Of a DNA stretch of 64,000 nucleotides, positions 34,859 to 46,927 are shown piece by piece. The notes beneath the pieces are model-generated. The model was not told the origin of the DNA. It saw only the letters and a program-made list of their open reading frames with translations, and did no database searches. The position numbers were made by a program, and so were the translations under genes. How positions within the stretch are numbered: the first letter of the stretch is position 1; each line of letters starts with the position of its first letter. Origin of the DNA: Oopsacas minuta (lineage: Eukaryota > Animalia > Porifera); NCBI GenBank assembly GCA_024704765.1, contig JAKMXF010000333.1, forward strand, positions 62,001 to 126,000. Reading direction: 5' to 3'.

Positions 34859-35636
34859 TTCTTTATTACTCGGATAAGACGTATCCCACTACCCTACGGG
34901 AGACATTAAGTACGTACTTACTGAGGTCCTCTTATCAGAATAGAAAGTGTATTAAAATGAATTTACAAGAAGAAGTACGTATTAACCGAGTGTATGTCTT
35001 ATCTGAGTTTTGCTGTGTTTTATATGACTGTGTTTGGAATTATATTAATATATGACTGTTAAACATACATGAATCAGACTACCATATTAATTCTATTTCA
35101 GGCGCTACATAAATACATTCGTGTTCCATGGGGGCCATAATTTGGAACCATTGGCATAACTATATAAAAAGATACATGGCTACTTACTACTGACAACTAC
35201 CGTATTCGTATTCGTTCTAATTCAGACGCAGTTCTAGGTTAAGCGCCTCTGGCGGGTAGAGGGGTTTCTCTGTCCTATTGAAAGGTGCCCTCGACAGAAT
35301 AATTATTTTTGGGGCGCTCACATAGCTCACATAATTAGAGCTTATAGATAGAGTTGCACTTTGTCAAGAATCTGGGGTGAGAATCGGGACTAGTGGTTAG
35401 AATATCTATAAATCAGTAGTATTATGCAATCATGTGACATTTGTAAATTTATCTACTTGCTTGGTACTCAGCGCTTCGTGCCTCGAATTTACTAAAGTAT
35501 AAAATTGCAAATTTGAGTTAATAAATTACTATTTCAACTATTTGTTTACTTTATATTCATAAAAACAACAGAATTTCTATAAGAGAAACTTGAATATGCG
35601 AAATTCGGATTCAGCGTACTTGATTACCCCTATATA

Positions 35637-36261
35637 TAGGAGCGGCGTCAGGACAAATTTGGGGGCTCAAGCCCCCCGTAATTTCAGGAGATAAAAATAT
35701 AGAAATTTTTGACAGAACTTGCTTAGTCTTTGCTTTGTTTGTTTTAAAAGTTGTTTTTCTAGATGCCTGGCCTAGTTTAGCTAATATTCCGGCTAACTTC
35801 TTCGAGACTCTTGTTTCTCACTCAGTTTATGAGTCGTGTTATATATTTTAATATTCTTTAAATTTTACTTACGATGCTAGATTTATTTTATTAACTTAAT
35901 TATGTCTTTGGATGGCTATTTGGCAAAGCTCGATAAACTTGTTTGGTGCTAAATCTCCTTGCCCAGATGATTCCATTGATTCAGAATCGGAGGAAAGTGT
36001 TATACCGTATATACCTGGTCCTTCTGATATCCTCAATTTTGACAAACTTGCGCAACCATTGTTGACAAATTTCCTAAGCGTGAAGGCCGTTCTTTTCAGC
36101 AAATTGTATTTAGATTTTGCCTTGCTTGAGTATTCTCAAACGAAGAATTTTGTCAGTTGTGTTGAATACTTTAATTGATATTCCGAGCGAGCTTGGTCCC
36201 CACGAAAAAACGTGTCGTCAGGCTCAGCCCCTCCGTTTGCCAAATCCTGGCGCCGCTCCTA
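35637..36261. mobile_element. 625-bp non-autonomous hAT-type element inserted in a copy of the Helitron-like repeat
   Basis: 17-bp TIR taggagcggcg(t/c)cagga; 8-bp TSD cctatata / cctatatt. The flanks rejoin into the repeat seen uninterrupted (reverse strand) near 63340-63390. Confidence 0.8.
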
Positions 36262-36719
36262 CCTATATTACTGTTTAGCGCAAGTCTATAAGTATATTTC
36301 GAGATTTCAACTATTTGTTTACTCTCTATTCATACAACAACAATTACATTTGCATATTAGGTGTCCCAGTTTCCACTTTTTATAACAAGAATACTGATTT
36401 TATCCAGAACAACAATAAAATTTGTAAATTGTTTGCAATTAAATAGGACCACTCTCCACCGTCCACTCCTGAATCATAAATGGAGCATGCTCCAGGTCCC
36501 GCTCCTTTAATGCTCTGCCTTTTGCACATGTGCTCTGTACTTTTAAATACTGTAGGACCAAATTTCCATGGAATCATCGATCCTGTGGATCATTTTCCAC
36601 GAATATTTTGGTCCCTCGTATGGAAAAATGGTCCATAGGTCCATACTTTAGGCAAGCTCTTGGCTAATCCTATCTGACAAATGGCTCTTGATCCTATCTG
36701 ATTCCAACTATAATTTCAG

Positions 36720-37957
36720 ATGAATTTTAGTTCGCAAGTGGAACACTTGCGTTCGGAGATAACTTCTTCATTCTCTGAGCTGATTAAACTCCTACAGGAG
36801 AGGAGAGATCTCTTGTTGCGTCAACTTGATAGCTTGTCTATAATTCCTCAAATCTTCCCTCAGCCCTCTAATTCAGAAGAAGTTAAAAAGTCTCCTCTTT
36901 CTGATTCAGGCATGCTTGGTAACGTAACCCCTCAACAGCTGTGCGAACTGAAGTTCAACTTAGACCCTAATCTGACTGCTTGTCTACATAACATAGGTCT
37001 CATACAGGTCACTGTAGTGGACAACCTAATGCTCCCTATTAATAACGTTATCAGGTCTCAGCGGGACGTGTACTCTCCTTCCAAGTTAAATACACATTAT
37101 AGCTAATTTGTTACCAGTCACTCTGTTCTTAACTTATTTTCTTATTGTGTTTATAGGTATGCTGGAGCGGAGAAAAGTTATTCGTATTAGATTATGGGAA
37201 CAAGCGTGTAGACGTGTTTGATAAAGAGGGAGAGCTCCAAAGTAGTTTCCTGCTACGAATAGAGATAGCTAGTAACGAATTAATATGTTTTGCTGCTTCT
37301 ATTGACTACTTGCTGCTCACAAGACAGAGCAGTGACATTGTTACCTACTACACACATAATGGTACTCTATTGCCTGGGTTACCTTACCACCTGGAAGATC
37401 CTGTCAGCATGGCTGCATGTAGAGAGATGGTAGCTATTGTGGATAAATCTTCTCATCATGTTTTGTTATTTCCTCAGTTTAGTGACCGTGTTACAATGAT
37501 AGGCTCTGAGTCTACCAGACCAGGACAGCTGTATAAACCTGAGGACGTAGCATTCACACCTGACAATTGCTTGCTAGTACTGGACCACAAAAACCCCTGT
37601 CTACACTTGTACGACATGAAGGGTCACTATCTGACTAGTTTCGGCTGCTCCTTGGTGGGTTTTGATATAACTCACCCTTCTTGCTTCTCAATTGATCATC
37701 AAGGGGTTGTTCTACTGGTACACAAACGTTCCAAGAAAGTTACCATATTCAATCCTAACAGGACCTTGGCTTACAAACTGCGTGTCCAGCCTGACGCTAG
37801 CTTATCTATCCATGGTTATCTTTTCCCTAGTAGCTGTGCTCTACAGAGGGATCTACTGGCAGTAGCTTATGAAGATAATAACATCGTAGGAATATGTAAT
37901 ACTGCTTCTTTTAAGAAGGTATTTATTCATGAACTCTGTTTGCCAAAGTTAAAGTAG
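36720..37957 (+). CDS. Coiled-coil + NHL-like beta-propeller protein, probably 2 exons (exon 2 from 37157)
   Basis: Exon 1 has a coiled coil (EITSSFSELIKLLQERRDLLLRQLD). After ttatag at 37156 the frame reads VCWSGEKLFVLDYGNKRVDVF..GQLYKPEDVAFTPDNCLLVLD. The donor site is ambiguous (about 37007-37070). Confidence 0.65.
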
Positions 37958-38299
37958 AATTATATTTTGGAATATTCTGTTTGACAGAAAGTGTTGTAGC
38001 ATACTTAGCTAAGTGTTCCCTAATATTTATATATTTTAATTAAACTATGCGATGCATACTGTGCTTCTAAATTATCTCGGAAAGTTATATTATTGCACTT
38101 TCGCAGATATCATCTCTGATAAATCTACAGTTGACGTCATCGGGACCGAAATCTTTATTCACTCATAGCATTCTATACAGTAAGGCAATGATAGTCAATT
38201 GAAATTTTGGACCAGGGACAACGATAAATCACAGTGAATTTACAGTAGAACTCGGTTAAGACGGACTCGGCTTAAGACGTACTAAATTATTCTTCCCAA

Positions 38300-40159
38300 A
38301 AGGACAATTATGTTCGACTGCCACAACAACTGCTGTAATGTTTCGAAAGTCACCTTTACCTCGATTTACGTCGGGTAAAGGGACCATTACTGTATCCCCA
38401 ATATTTGCTTGTTTGAATCGTTTTCTAGATTGCTCGAACATTTTATCAGCCTACTCTCCTTGTATTCTTTTCGCACCTTTTCGCTGCTGCGTAATTTGAT
38501 TCGCTTGATGACATAGTCTGCATAATACAGCTGAACCAAATCCTTCTTCTTCACTTCCATTATTTACAGAACATGGTGGTATAGCATGGCAAAAAGCCCA
38601 CAAGACATACAAGTGTGCGCTCCATTGGATATTTGTTGACATGATACACAATTATAGTTTGATATTTCAGATTGTTGAGTGATTGATGCTGTGCCTGGGG
38701 CTATATCGTCTTGTCCTAAATTCTGTTGCTTCGAATATTCTTCTTCTGAGTTCAAAATTTCTTTTAATTGCTCTTCAGTATCTAGGATAGAAGAGGTATC
38801 AATTGTGAGGTTGGTTGAAACGACTTCTAGTTGTTCTGAACTTAAAGTTTGTCTCAATTGCTCTTCAGTCTCTAGAATAGAAGCTGCATCGATTGTGAGG
38901 TTGGTTGAAACTACTCTTAGTTGTGGTCTTATCCCAAAAACAACTTCATAGGAGTCCTTCCAATTCCTAAGATAGTTCAAATATAAATGCATACATACTA
39001 TTTTATTGTACATATTTGTTATAATTATTGATCTTAAATATCAAATAATACCTGTATGTAGTCTTGTGTTAATTTCCATTGGACGAATCTAAGTCCTTCT
39101 GACCATTTGGTTGATTTTTCGTCACGCATCTATCAAGCAAGTATTTCTTCGACGCTCCGATTTGCCCTCTCGACTGAGCCTCGTGACTGGGAGTGTCGAG
39201 GTTTTCCGTGGACTATTCGACACTCAGGCCAGAGATTTGTTACTTCCTTCACAATCTTAAAAATGTAGCCAAAAGGTGTGAAAATAAGATTAATCATATG
39301 ATAAATCTATGTCTAGGCTGATAATATTCATTCTACACAATTTAACATACCTGATTCGCAAACTCACGGCCATTATCAGACTGTAGAATATGAGGTGCCC
39401 CTTTATCACAAAAATATCAATCAGCTGTTAAGCTACCCCTTCTGCACGTTTCGATTCTAGCGCTTTTAATGTTACAAACTTAGTAAGATGATCTTGATAT
39501 GTCATAATATGTTTGTACTTGCCGTCTGGTTGGCTTTGCATATCAATGAGGTCAACCTTGATAGAAATAAGTTAATACAAACTGGAGTTATTTCTCCGAT
39601 TTACATGTCCAGTTCATTATACTTGCAGAAAACAATGCTTCACTAGTCGGATTTTTGCAGCTGCAATGTGAAATTTGATTGGATAAACAATATACCTCAC
39701 CTGGCATCTCGAATTGAGCTGATTGCTAATGATTGGCTTGACAACAAGAGATTTTCTAACTTTACTTTTCTTGAGCTGGCATTTTTCCCAAAGTTACAAA
39801 TAGGTACAAATATGTTCTCTCGTAATGTTTGCATAATCTTCTGACAATTTATGTTCCATGAGTATTTTACCACTATGTCCAGTTGACAAGTGAGCTGCAT
39901 GTATAATATCAAATAATTCCTCAAAGAAAACGAATTGTTGCTGCGATGCTTGTTTCTTAAGCATTTTGATTATGATACCATCAACTTGAATTTCCAAAAT
40001 TTCGAATTTTTTCACTAGTCTATAATCCTTTGGATTTTTTTGAATACTTTTATCTTCATCTTGGCTTTGTATTCGCTCTATTGTTGCTTGATAATCATCT
40101 TTGGTGAAAAAAGTCATGTTCCCTGCTTTATTCTTCACAGCTTCAGCTATTTTATTCAT
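38300..40159 (-). mobile_element. Ginger/KRBA2-SCAND3-type DDE integrase transposon relic with three spliceosomal introns
   Basis: HLSTGH zinc-binding motif, RCQ|VDLIDMQ, YQDHLTKF, LQSDNGREFANQ|, HSQSRGSVERANR, TPYEVVFG, Cys-rich finger and GDTVMVPLPDVNRGKGD. GT-AG introns at 39557-39700, 39256-39350 and 38967-39051. Contains stops and frameshifts; truncated at 38300 by a CAGTAG MITE end. Confidence 0.85.
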
Positions 40160-40490
40160 GAATATTTCCCGTGTTCATTTGGTAATTGGGCTATATTCTG
40201 GAAAGTATGTTTATTCAGTGTTCAAGTATGCAATACAAGTTTTAGCTATGCACATGGCCAAATATAAAGGGTCCAAGGGAGACCACATAAAGTTGAAGTA
40301 CTTGGTTCAGAAGGACCACTTACGAGGTAGATTGTCCGACCTGAATGCATATAGCGGAATCTACTATGATAGAATATCCTATATCCACGATCAGTTTGCA
40401 TGAATTGAATTAATTAAAAGTCGCATAATTATTACGAGGCACTCTAAAACTAGTATTATGCATATTGACTAAGAAAGTAGCATTTTGCAT

Positions 40491-40582
40491 TAGGGATGGG
40501 ACGGAGCTCCGCGTAACTTTTCAGCTCCGTCTTTACATCCGCATCCGCGGATGTGGGAAATCTCACATCCGTCCCATCCCTA
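40491..40582. mobile_element. 92-bp hAT-type MITE
   Basis: Perfect 15-bp TIR tagggatgggacgga and perfect 8-bp TSD ttttgcat (40483-40490 and 40583-40590). Confidence 0.9.
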
Positions 40583-41068
40583 TTTTGCATAATGCCCAAT
40601 TTCTCATACTGCCCATAACATATACATTATAACCATTAATGACAATCAGAAATATTTAGGTTATGAAGATAGTTATGTTATTCTAAAATCTCTTTACAAA
40701 TAGAGTTTATCCTAACAAATTGTAAGATAGATACAATCGTTGGACTGTGCCAAGTGTGTAAATACATATGTTCATATACGTATGATAGACTTGAGATATG
40801 ATATTCTGGGACCTTCGATCCAGGTGCGTATCAGGGAATTATATCCGCTCTGGCAAATATTCAGAAACCAATTAAGCTCGTTATTCCACCAGGAGCGGCC
40901 CAATTCGCAGTAATGGCGAATATGTGCCGTCTCTTGTCCTAAGCTATTCTACTCCCTCATACAGGCCTATCTACCCCCCTGGTCCCTGGTATCTTCTGAT
41001 ATGGAACAAATAACTTTAATCCTGGGTATTATTGTTTATTTTTGAAATAATTTACAGTTTCAAGTTGA

Positions 41069-42004
41069 ATGGCTACTTCTGGTTCAGCTGGAGAACCTAG
41101 TTTTGACCTTCAAGTTATTCAGATACAAAATGAAATTTGAGGCTCGTTTCTGTGAATTGACAGATTATCTGAATAAGAGGAAGAACGAACTTTTGAGAGA
41201 ATTGGATGAAATCAACCGAATATACAAACAAGAAAGAAACAAACATAAACAATCTATCTCCGAAATTGAAAAAGCACTCAAATTCATTGGGAATAATTTT
41301 GAATCTTTAACCATGAAAGGTACTCAAACTGAAATTATCAAAAGTTTAGAACAAAAACAGAAAGAAATAAGATCTGAATTGAAATACAAGCATATTTCAT
41401 TTGAATTTGATAATACACTATTAGATATGATTAATAGATTTGGTAAGATTAGTGTTGTTAATTCAAGTTACTCATGTCTACCAGTTGTAGATTATAAAGG
41501 TAAAGTGAAACCAGTAGTGAGTGTAGGGACTGAAGGTAGTGGTGAAGGACAATTCAGCTATCCATGGGGAGTTGCTGTTGAATACAGAACAGATAACATC
41601 TATGTAGCAGATAAATGGAACAACAGGGTACAGGTATTCATTAAAGATGGCAAATTCTTGTTCTATTTGGTGCTGATAAGATGAAGTCCCCTCTCTATAT
41701 TACTATTGATATAGAGAGAGTATTTGTGAGTCAGTATGGAACAGGTTGTTTGTTGGTATTTGATTTGAAAGGAAATTTTATGAAACAAATAGGTACTCCA
41801 GGTAGTGGAGAAGGACAATTCAACAGTCCTTATGGTATTGGTATCAATGTAGATAATGTAGATATTTATGTATGTGATTACTCTAACAACAGAATACATA
41901 TATTCTCACAAGATTATTCTTACAAATTTCAGTTTCGAATTGTAAACATTAAACACTTGCTTCCTATTTCGGTCTATATATCTACAATCAAATTGGCTTT
42001 GTAG
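41069..42004 (+). pseudogene. Coiled-coil + NHL-repeat (TRIM-NHL-like) pseudogene
   Basis: ATG at 41069 (MATSGSAGEPSFDLQVIQIQNEI), frameshift near 41148, coiled coil, then GTEGSGEGQFSYPWGVAV..NIYVADKWNNRVQVF. A second frameshift near 41665 precedes GSGEGQFNSPYGIGI..IYVCDYSNNRIHIF; truncated afterwards. Confidence 0.85.
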
Positions 42005-42994
42005 GCCCAAAACTTGTAAATCGGTAATAAATGCTATACATATCTTCATAACTCTTCATAGCGACCTCAAGTTATTAAGCTGAATTCAGTAAGTTAAATT
42101 ATTACTATAGGTAATACACTTATCAAACTCATTATTATACGAATTTGTGTATTGATAGATATTTGGAAAAGATACTCATTAGAAAGAACCAGGATTGTCT
42201 TGGTCGTAAACCAGCCATGTTTGAAGCTGAGCGTAAGCGTTTACTTCGCCAAAAACGAATCTCAGGAAGAAAAGCTAGAGGGTCTTCAGAAACAAAGGAG
42301 CCGACAAGCTATTTCGAGAGCTTCCCAAATCTGATTACTAGACCTCTCAGCGCTTAAAGTACCAGCGAGCTCTTCAAGCCAATCTCAAACTCAGAGAATC
42401 TGAGGATAGATCCGCTGAGCGTCTGTATTTCATAAATTTTGTTTAGTTTGTGTGTTGTAATTATTGTATGGAAAATTAAATTTCTCTTGTTTACATATAA
42501 TAAATACTACTTTGAGCATGCTCAAAGTAGTATTTAATACCTCCTTATTCAGTATTATTGAATCAGCTTAAATGTAGGAAAATACTATACGAATGTATTT
42601 CCCTAAAAATGTTTCCAATTTTTGAACTTGTTATTATTTAACACAACGTGGACTATGAGATGAAATTATCCAAAGTTGACTGGGTGGGGTAAGAAAAGAC
42701 CCCAACTTGTGTCGTATTGACGGAGTGGGGTCTATTTTAACCCCACATAGTCCACAAAATGTTAATCATATGTGTGTTCGTATAAAGTTTCACTAAATCT
42801 TCCAATATTTAGGAAGGACCCTAATGAGGGATATTGCACGAGGGCACCAATGTCCTATGACCGCTACTGATTAGTATATACCTTAATTAATAGTAAAGAA
42901 TTTTCAGACTTTCGTGTTAATTATTATCAATTGATGTATGTTAACTATCAAAAATCGTCTTGTACGAGTAAATCAGTATTTAAGTTTGTACATA

Positions 42995-44308
42995 CAGGGT
43001 GCGTTTTAAGTTCTGTCCCATCTTTATGTTTTATTGTATTATCTATATTCTAAGCATATCCTTAATACTACTATGTTGATTCTTTTACTATATTGTTTAG
43101 CTAGCACCTATACCTATTATACAATACACCATTCTCACGTATTAGTATTTTCATTTGATGGAACACGAAAGGTCAGCTATTATTGAGTTAGCTAAAAATG
43201 GCAAGACTCAGAAAGAAATTTTGAAGTTGCTCAATATTCCCGCTAATAGACGTAAGTTTGTCCATCGTACGATTCGGAGGTACAACGAGACTGGGGAAGT
43301 TTGTGACAAAGCAAGAAGTGGTCGTCCCCCTTCAGTAACGACTCCAGCACTCCAAAAGTTGGTGCGGGAACGTATCCGTAGGAACCCACGGCGTTCTATG
43401 AGGAAAATGGCTCAGGAACTCAAAGTATCAGAGTCTTCAGTACGGAAAATTGTGAAAGTGAACTTAGGCATGCGTTCATTCAGAAGAAAGAGAGTTCACT
43501 TCCTAAGTGAGCAAGTAAAGGTCAAGAGGCTTCAAAGATGTAAAGGACAATTACGTAGGCACGTAAATCATGATATTAAAAAAATTGTATTCTCCGACGA
43601 AAAGATTTTCACCATTGAGGAAGCTTTGAACCCTCAAAACGACAGGATTATATCACACAAGTCATCTACTATTGATCCAGATCTGAAGTACGTTCCTCGA
43701 GTCCAAAAACCACTTTCAGTAATGGTTTGGGCTGGAATATCGGCTGTTGGTCGGACGCCACTAATTTTTGTGCCAGCAGGCGTAAAAATAAACTCGACAA
43801 CTTATCGTGACTTAATTTTAGAGCCCATAGTGAAGAACCTTAGCCAAACCATGTTTAATGGTGGGTCATTTGTATTTCAACAAGACGGAGCACCAGCTCA
43901 CACATCAAATGTTACCCAAACCTGGCTTCAGAGCAATATTCCATGTTTTATTGAGAAAGAGCAATGGCCTCCATATAGCCCAGACCTGAACCCAATGGAC
44001 TATTCGGTATGGTCCATTCTCGAAAGCAGAGTCTGTGCTAAATCTCACAAGAGTATAGACTCTTTGAAGCGAAAATTGCGAGAAGAGTGGGAGAAAATAC
44101 CCCAAGATGTACTCCGTGCTGCAGTTGAGGCCCTACCTGGCAGGATATCAAGTGTCATTCATGACAAGGGAGGTTATATTGAGTAATCAGTGCGATTATG
44201 TAATTGTATTGATCATAGTAAACTGGTATAAAAGTTTAAATAGTAAAAGATCTATTGTAGTAAAGTTATGAGGATTTGACTATGGGACAGAACTTAAAAC
44301 GCACCCTG
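42995..44308 (+). mobile_element. maT/Bmmar1-type (DD37D) Tc1/mariner element, 1314 bp, structurally intact
   Basis: Perfect 27-bp TIRs cagggtgcgttttaagttctgtcccat; TA TSD at 42993-42994 and 44309-44310; uninterrupted transposase ORF. Confidence 0.95.
43158..44186 (+). CDS. DD37D transposase, 342 aa, intact
   Basis: HTH (RSGRP), VFSDEKIF, FQQDGAPAH and SPDLNPMD, with 37 residues between the 2nd and 3rd Asp. Confidence 0.93.
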   Translation: MEHERSAIIELAKNGKTQKEILKLLNIPANRRKFVHRTIRRYNETGEVCDKARSGRPPSVTTPALQKLVRERIRRNPRRSMRKMAQELKVSESSVRKIVKVNLGMRSFRRKRVHFLSEQVKVKRLQRCKGQLRRHVNHDIKKIVFSDEKIFTIEEALNPQNDRIISHKSSTIDPDLKYVPRVQKPLSVMVWAGISAVGRTPLIFVPAGVKINSTTYRDLILEPIVKNLSQTMFNGGSFVFQQDGAPAHTSNVTQTWLQSNIPCFIEKEQWPPYSPDLNPMDYSVWSILESRVCAKSHKSIDSLKRKLREEWEKIPQDVLRAAVEALPGRISSVIHDKGGYIE

Positions 44309-45078
44309 TATATTCCTAGTATTTATTCATACACTTACATTTTCAGGCGAATACCTAGAAGCAGGGCAAAACTCCCCTGGACTTTGTAAGATTTCCTTAA
44401 ACACTTTTCTAAGTGCGAATCCCTATAATTTCGGCTCGCTCGCTACACACGCTCGTAAGGATGTATATTGGCTTGTGCGGTAAAGTGACTGTAAAATCTT
44501 CAGAAAAAAATGGATGATATCAGATTATTTACATTTATACATACTAACAGGCTATGTCTTTTGCCAACCCTGCAAAAGTTCTCTAGTTTGCCCCAAGCTG
44601 ACTATAGTAACTAATCTAAAGTTGGCCCGGTTGAAATCTGATTACCGCACCATCTCATATGGTCTGTAAATTCATTAGAAAATAGTTTTGCAGTCACATA
44701 GAATTATGGAATAGTGATATGTTAGTGTACTGAACTATTCTATTAGTCTATAGTGAATAGTTTCTAAATCACACTGACCTGTTTGCCTAGTGAACGTCAT
44801 TTGGCCAAAATTACACTCATTAATATCATGTAAAACGTTAATATCGCATCTTTGATTTCGAAGTTAATACGTATACGAAATCAATTAAAGAGATTTGTAA
44901 AATATATAACATTTGTCGTTATAAAGTTAACAAGTTTTTGAGTGACAGGTTTATGCGATTTATAAACTTTCACTATACACCATGGCCGTAGTCATCTGTC
45001 TGGTCCGGTTTCAATCAGAGTACCATTCACATTATACTGGACTACAGTTATATTATTAAATATTTATAGCAGATTATT

Positions 45079-45861
45079 ATGGACACATCTCCATCAGATC
45101 TGAGTAGACAACTCCTAGAAAGGAAGCAGTTGCTACTCAGTAAGAGAGCTAATATTAGGAATAAAGCTTATACAGACAATAATACGTGTCCTACAGATGG
45201 ACATATATCTACAGCCGCAGCTAATGACACTAAAAGAATTAAAAGATCTAATCGGGATAAGAAGCTAGCTAAGAAAGAGTCTAAACGCCGCAAACAGGAT
45301 TTAGAAGATGTCGTCACTCGTCCTGGCATAATATATCTAGGACATATCCCTCACGGATTCTACGAGCAAGAGATGAGACAATACTTCTCTCAGTTTGGTA
45401 GAGTACAGAGCGTCCGTCTATCCCGTTGTTACAGGACAGGACGATCCAGAGGATACGCATTCGTAAAGTTCCAATGTGATGAAGTAGCTAAATTAGCTGC
45501 AGAGACAATGAATAATTATCTGATGTATAGCAGACTATTGAAGTGTCAAGTTGTCTCTGGACATAAGAACATGTTTAAACGTAGTAGACACTGGAAGAGC
45601 CAGACAGAGAGGGAGGAGGCTATGAGACAGAGATACAATACATTACAGAGTGTGGGTAATGATCAGGCGTACAGGAAGAGAATTAAGAATATTGTGAGGA
45701 GAGAGAATAAACTAAAAAGAAAGTTAAAAGAGGGAGGCTACTTGTTTGAGTGTGCTTCAGTCTCTCAGCTGATTAGCAGTAAGAAACTAGGAGTTATTCC
45801 TTCTCACAAGAAGTTCTATAACCCTGACTCAGATAAGAGTGATAGCGAATTTGAGATATGA
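45079..45861 (+). CDS. NIFK: MKI67 FHA-interacting nucleolar phosphoprotein / Nop15 (RRM), 260 aa
   Basis: PGIIYLGHIPHGFYEQEMRQYFSQFG..VRLSR..TGRSRGYAFVKF..VAKLAAETMNNYLM..RLLKC. Confidence 0.92.
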   Translation: MDTSPSDLSRQLLERKQLLLSKRANIRNKAYTDNNTCPTDGHISTAAANDTKRIKRSNRDKKLAKKESKRRKQDLEDVVTRPGIIYLGHIPHGFYEQEMRQYFSQFGRVQSVRLSRCYRTGRSRGYAFVKFQCDEVAKLAAETMNNYLMYSRLLKCQVVSGHKNMFKRSRHWKSQTEREEAMRQRYNTLQSVGNDQAYRKRIKNIVRRENKLKRKLKEGGYLFECASVSQLISSKKLGVIPSHKKFYNPDSDKSDSEFEI

Positions 45862-46231
45862 ATACAGTATTTAGAGATATACAATTATACATCTATCTAT
45901 TCTATAGAAATTTAAATAACTTACTGAAATTCAACTTCATTAATATAAATAATAGTCTTCGGGATTCAGAACCTCATAAAAAGTCTGACGGATTATAATT
46001 AGCAGCCCATCGTCTATGGAAGTCTGTATAATATGAGAAGTAAGAGCTCTACAGTCGAGCACTTTATACGCTCTTGTATATTTACAAAATTGTCTAGATC
46101 CATAATAACGGAGGGTATAAATCTTGAATTTGTTAATTGCATCGTGAGGCTATGCCATCCAAAACCTACCTATGACATGTTCATTGCTTTCACCCTTTAG
46201 TTTTTGATTTATTGATATTATATCGTCTGTA

Positions 46232-46927
46232 ATGCTTTTCATCTTACCAACTCTCCTCTTACTGCAAATACTCTCTGTTACAAGTTACAGATACGACTAT
46301 CCGTCTGGAACAACTCTCCCCATTTTATCATTAGACATGTTAGCTAGCTTTACGCTAAACTCTACACATACAGTACACCTACAAGCTAACACTAGCTTTC
46401 TTGTGTACCACACTTCTGACAACTTGTCTATATCCTTCCTTCTGGAAGAATCTACTCAATCAAGGTTCACATTCCTATTCACCAGTGAAGTAACAACCTG
46501 GAAACTATCTGGAGCTAATTTTTTCTACATATCCAATGGTACAGAGATTAGTGAGGAGAGAGACCAGTTGCTCATGGAGTTAGGTGACAGTCTACCCATT
46601 CCCTTACAACGCAATCATTCCTACTTCTGTGAGGTTCCCTTTTCTCACTCCTCTGATAGCTTCCTATCAAACGTAGAAGTGAGTAGAATTCAATTCCAGA
46701 TCTTTCAACCTTCCTCTGAATTCAGTGAGCCTCAAGTGTGTCTAATTGCTTACAATCAATACTTGATTCCTACTCTTTTCGCTTTTTCTCTTTTATTATT
46801 TCTTACCATAGTAGTTATAATCAATGGAGTTTATCATAGTATAAGGAAATATGGGAATAAAATACTGAAGAAAAATGTGTACTCTGTAATTCCTCTCAAA
46901 GATACAGAGACAGAAACTACCAAATAA
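46232..46927 (+). CDS. Type I membrane glycoprotein with a single LAMP-like luminal domain, 231 aa
   Basis: Signal peptide, N-glycosylation sites, SYFC..IQFQIF..EFSEPQVC (resembles LAMP SYxC..VQAF..FG.A.EC), TM starting YLIPTLFAF, tail with YSVI. Confidence 0.55.
   Translation: MLFILPTLLLLQILSVTSYRYDYPSGTTLPILSLDMLASFTLNSTHTVHLQANTSFLVYHTSDNLSISFLLEESTQSRFTFLFTSEVTTWKLSGANFFYISNGTEISEERDQLLMELGDSLPIPLQRNHSYFCEVPFSHSSDSFLSNVEVSRIQFQIFQPSSEFSEPQVCLIAYNQYLIPTLFAFSLLLFLTIVVIINGVYHSIRKYGNKILKKNVYSVIPLKDTETETTK

Noticed and set aside
38241-40380. Paired TIRs for the Ginger-like relic (cagtagaactcgg at 38243 and tagtagattccgc near 40366)
   Set aside because: Only weakly similar; they look like ends of two different CAGTAG-type MITEs, so element boundaries are not claimed.
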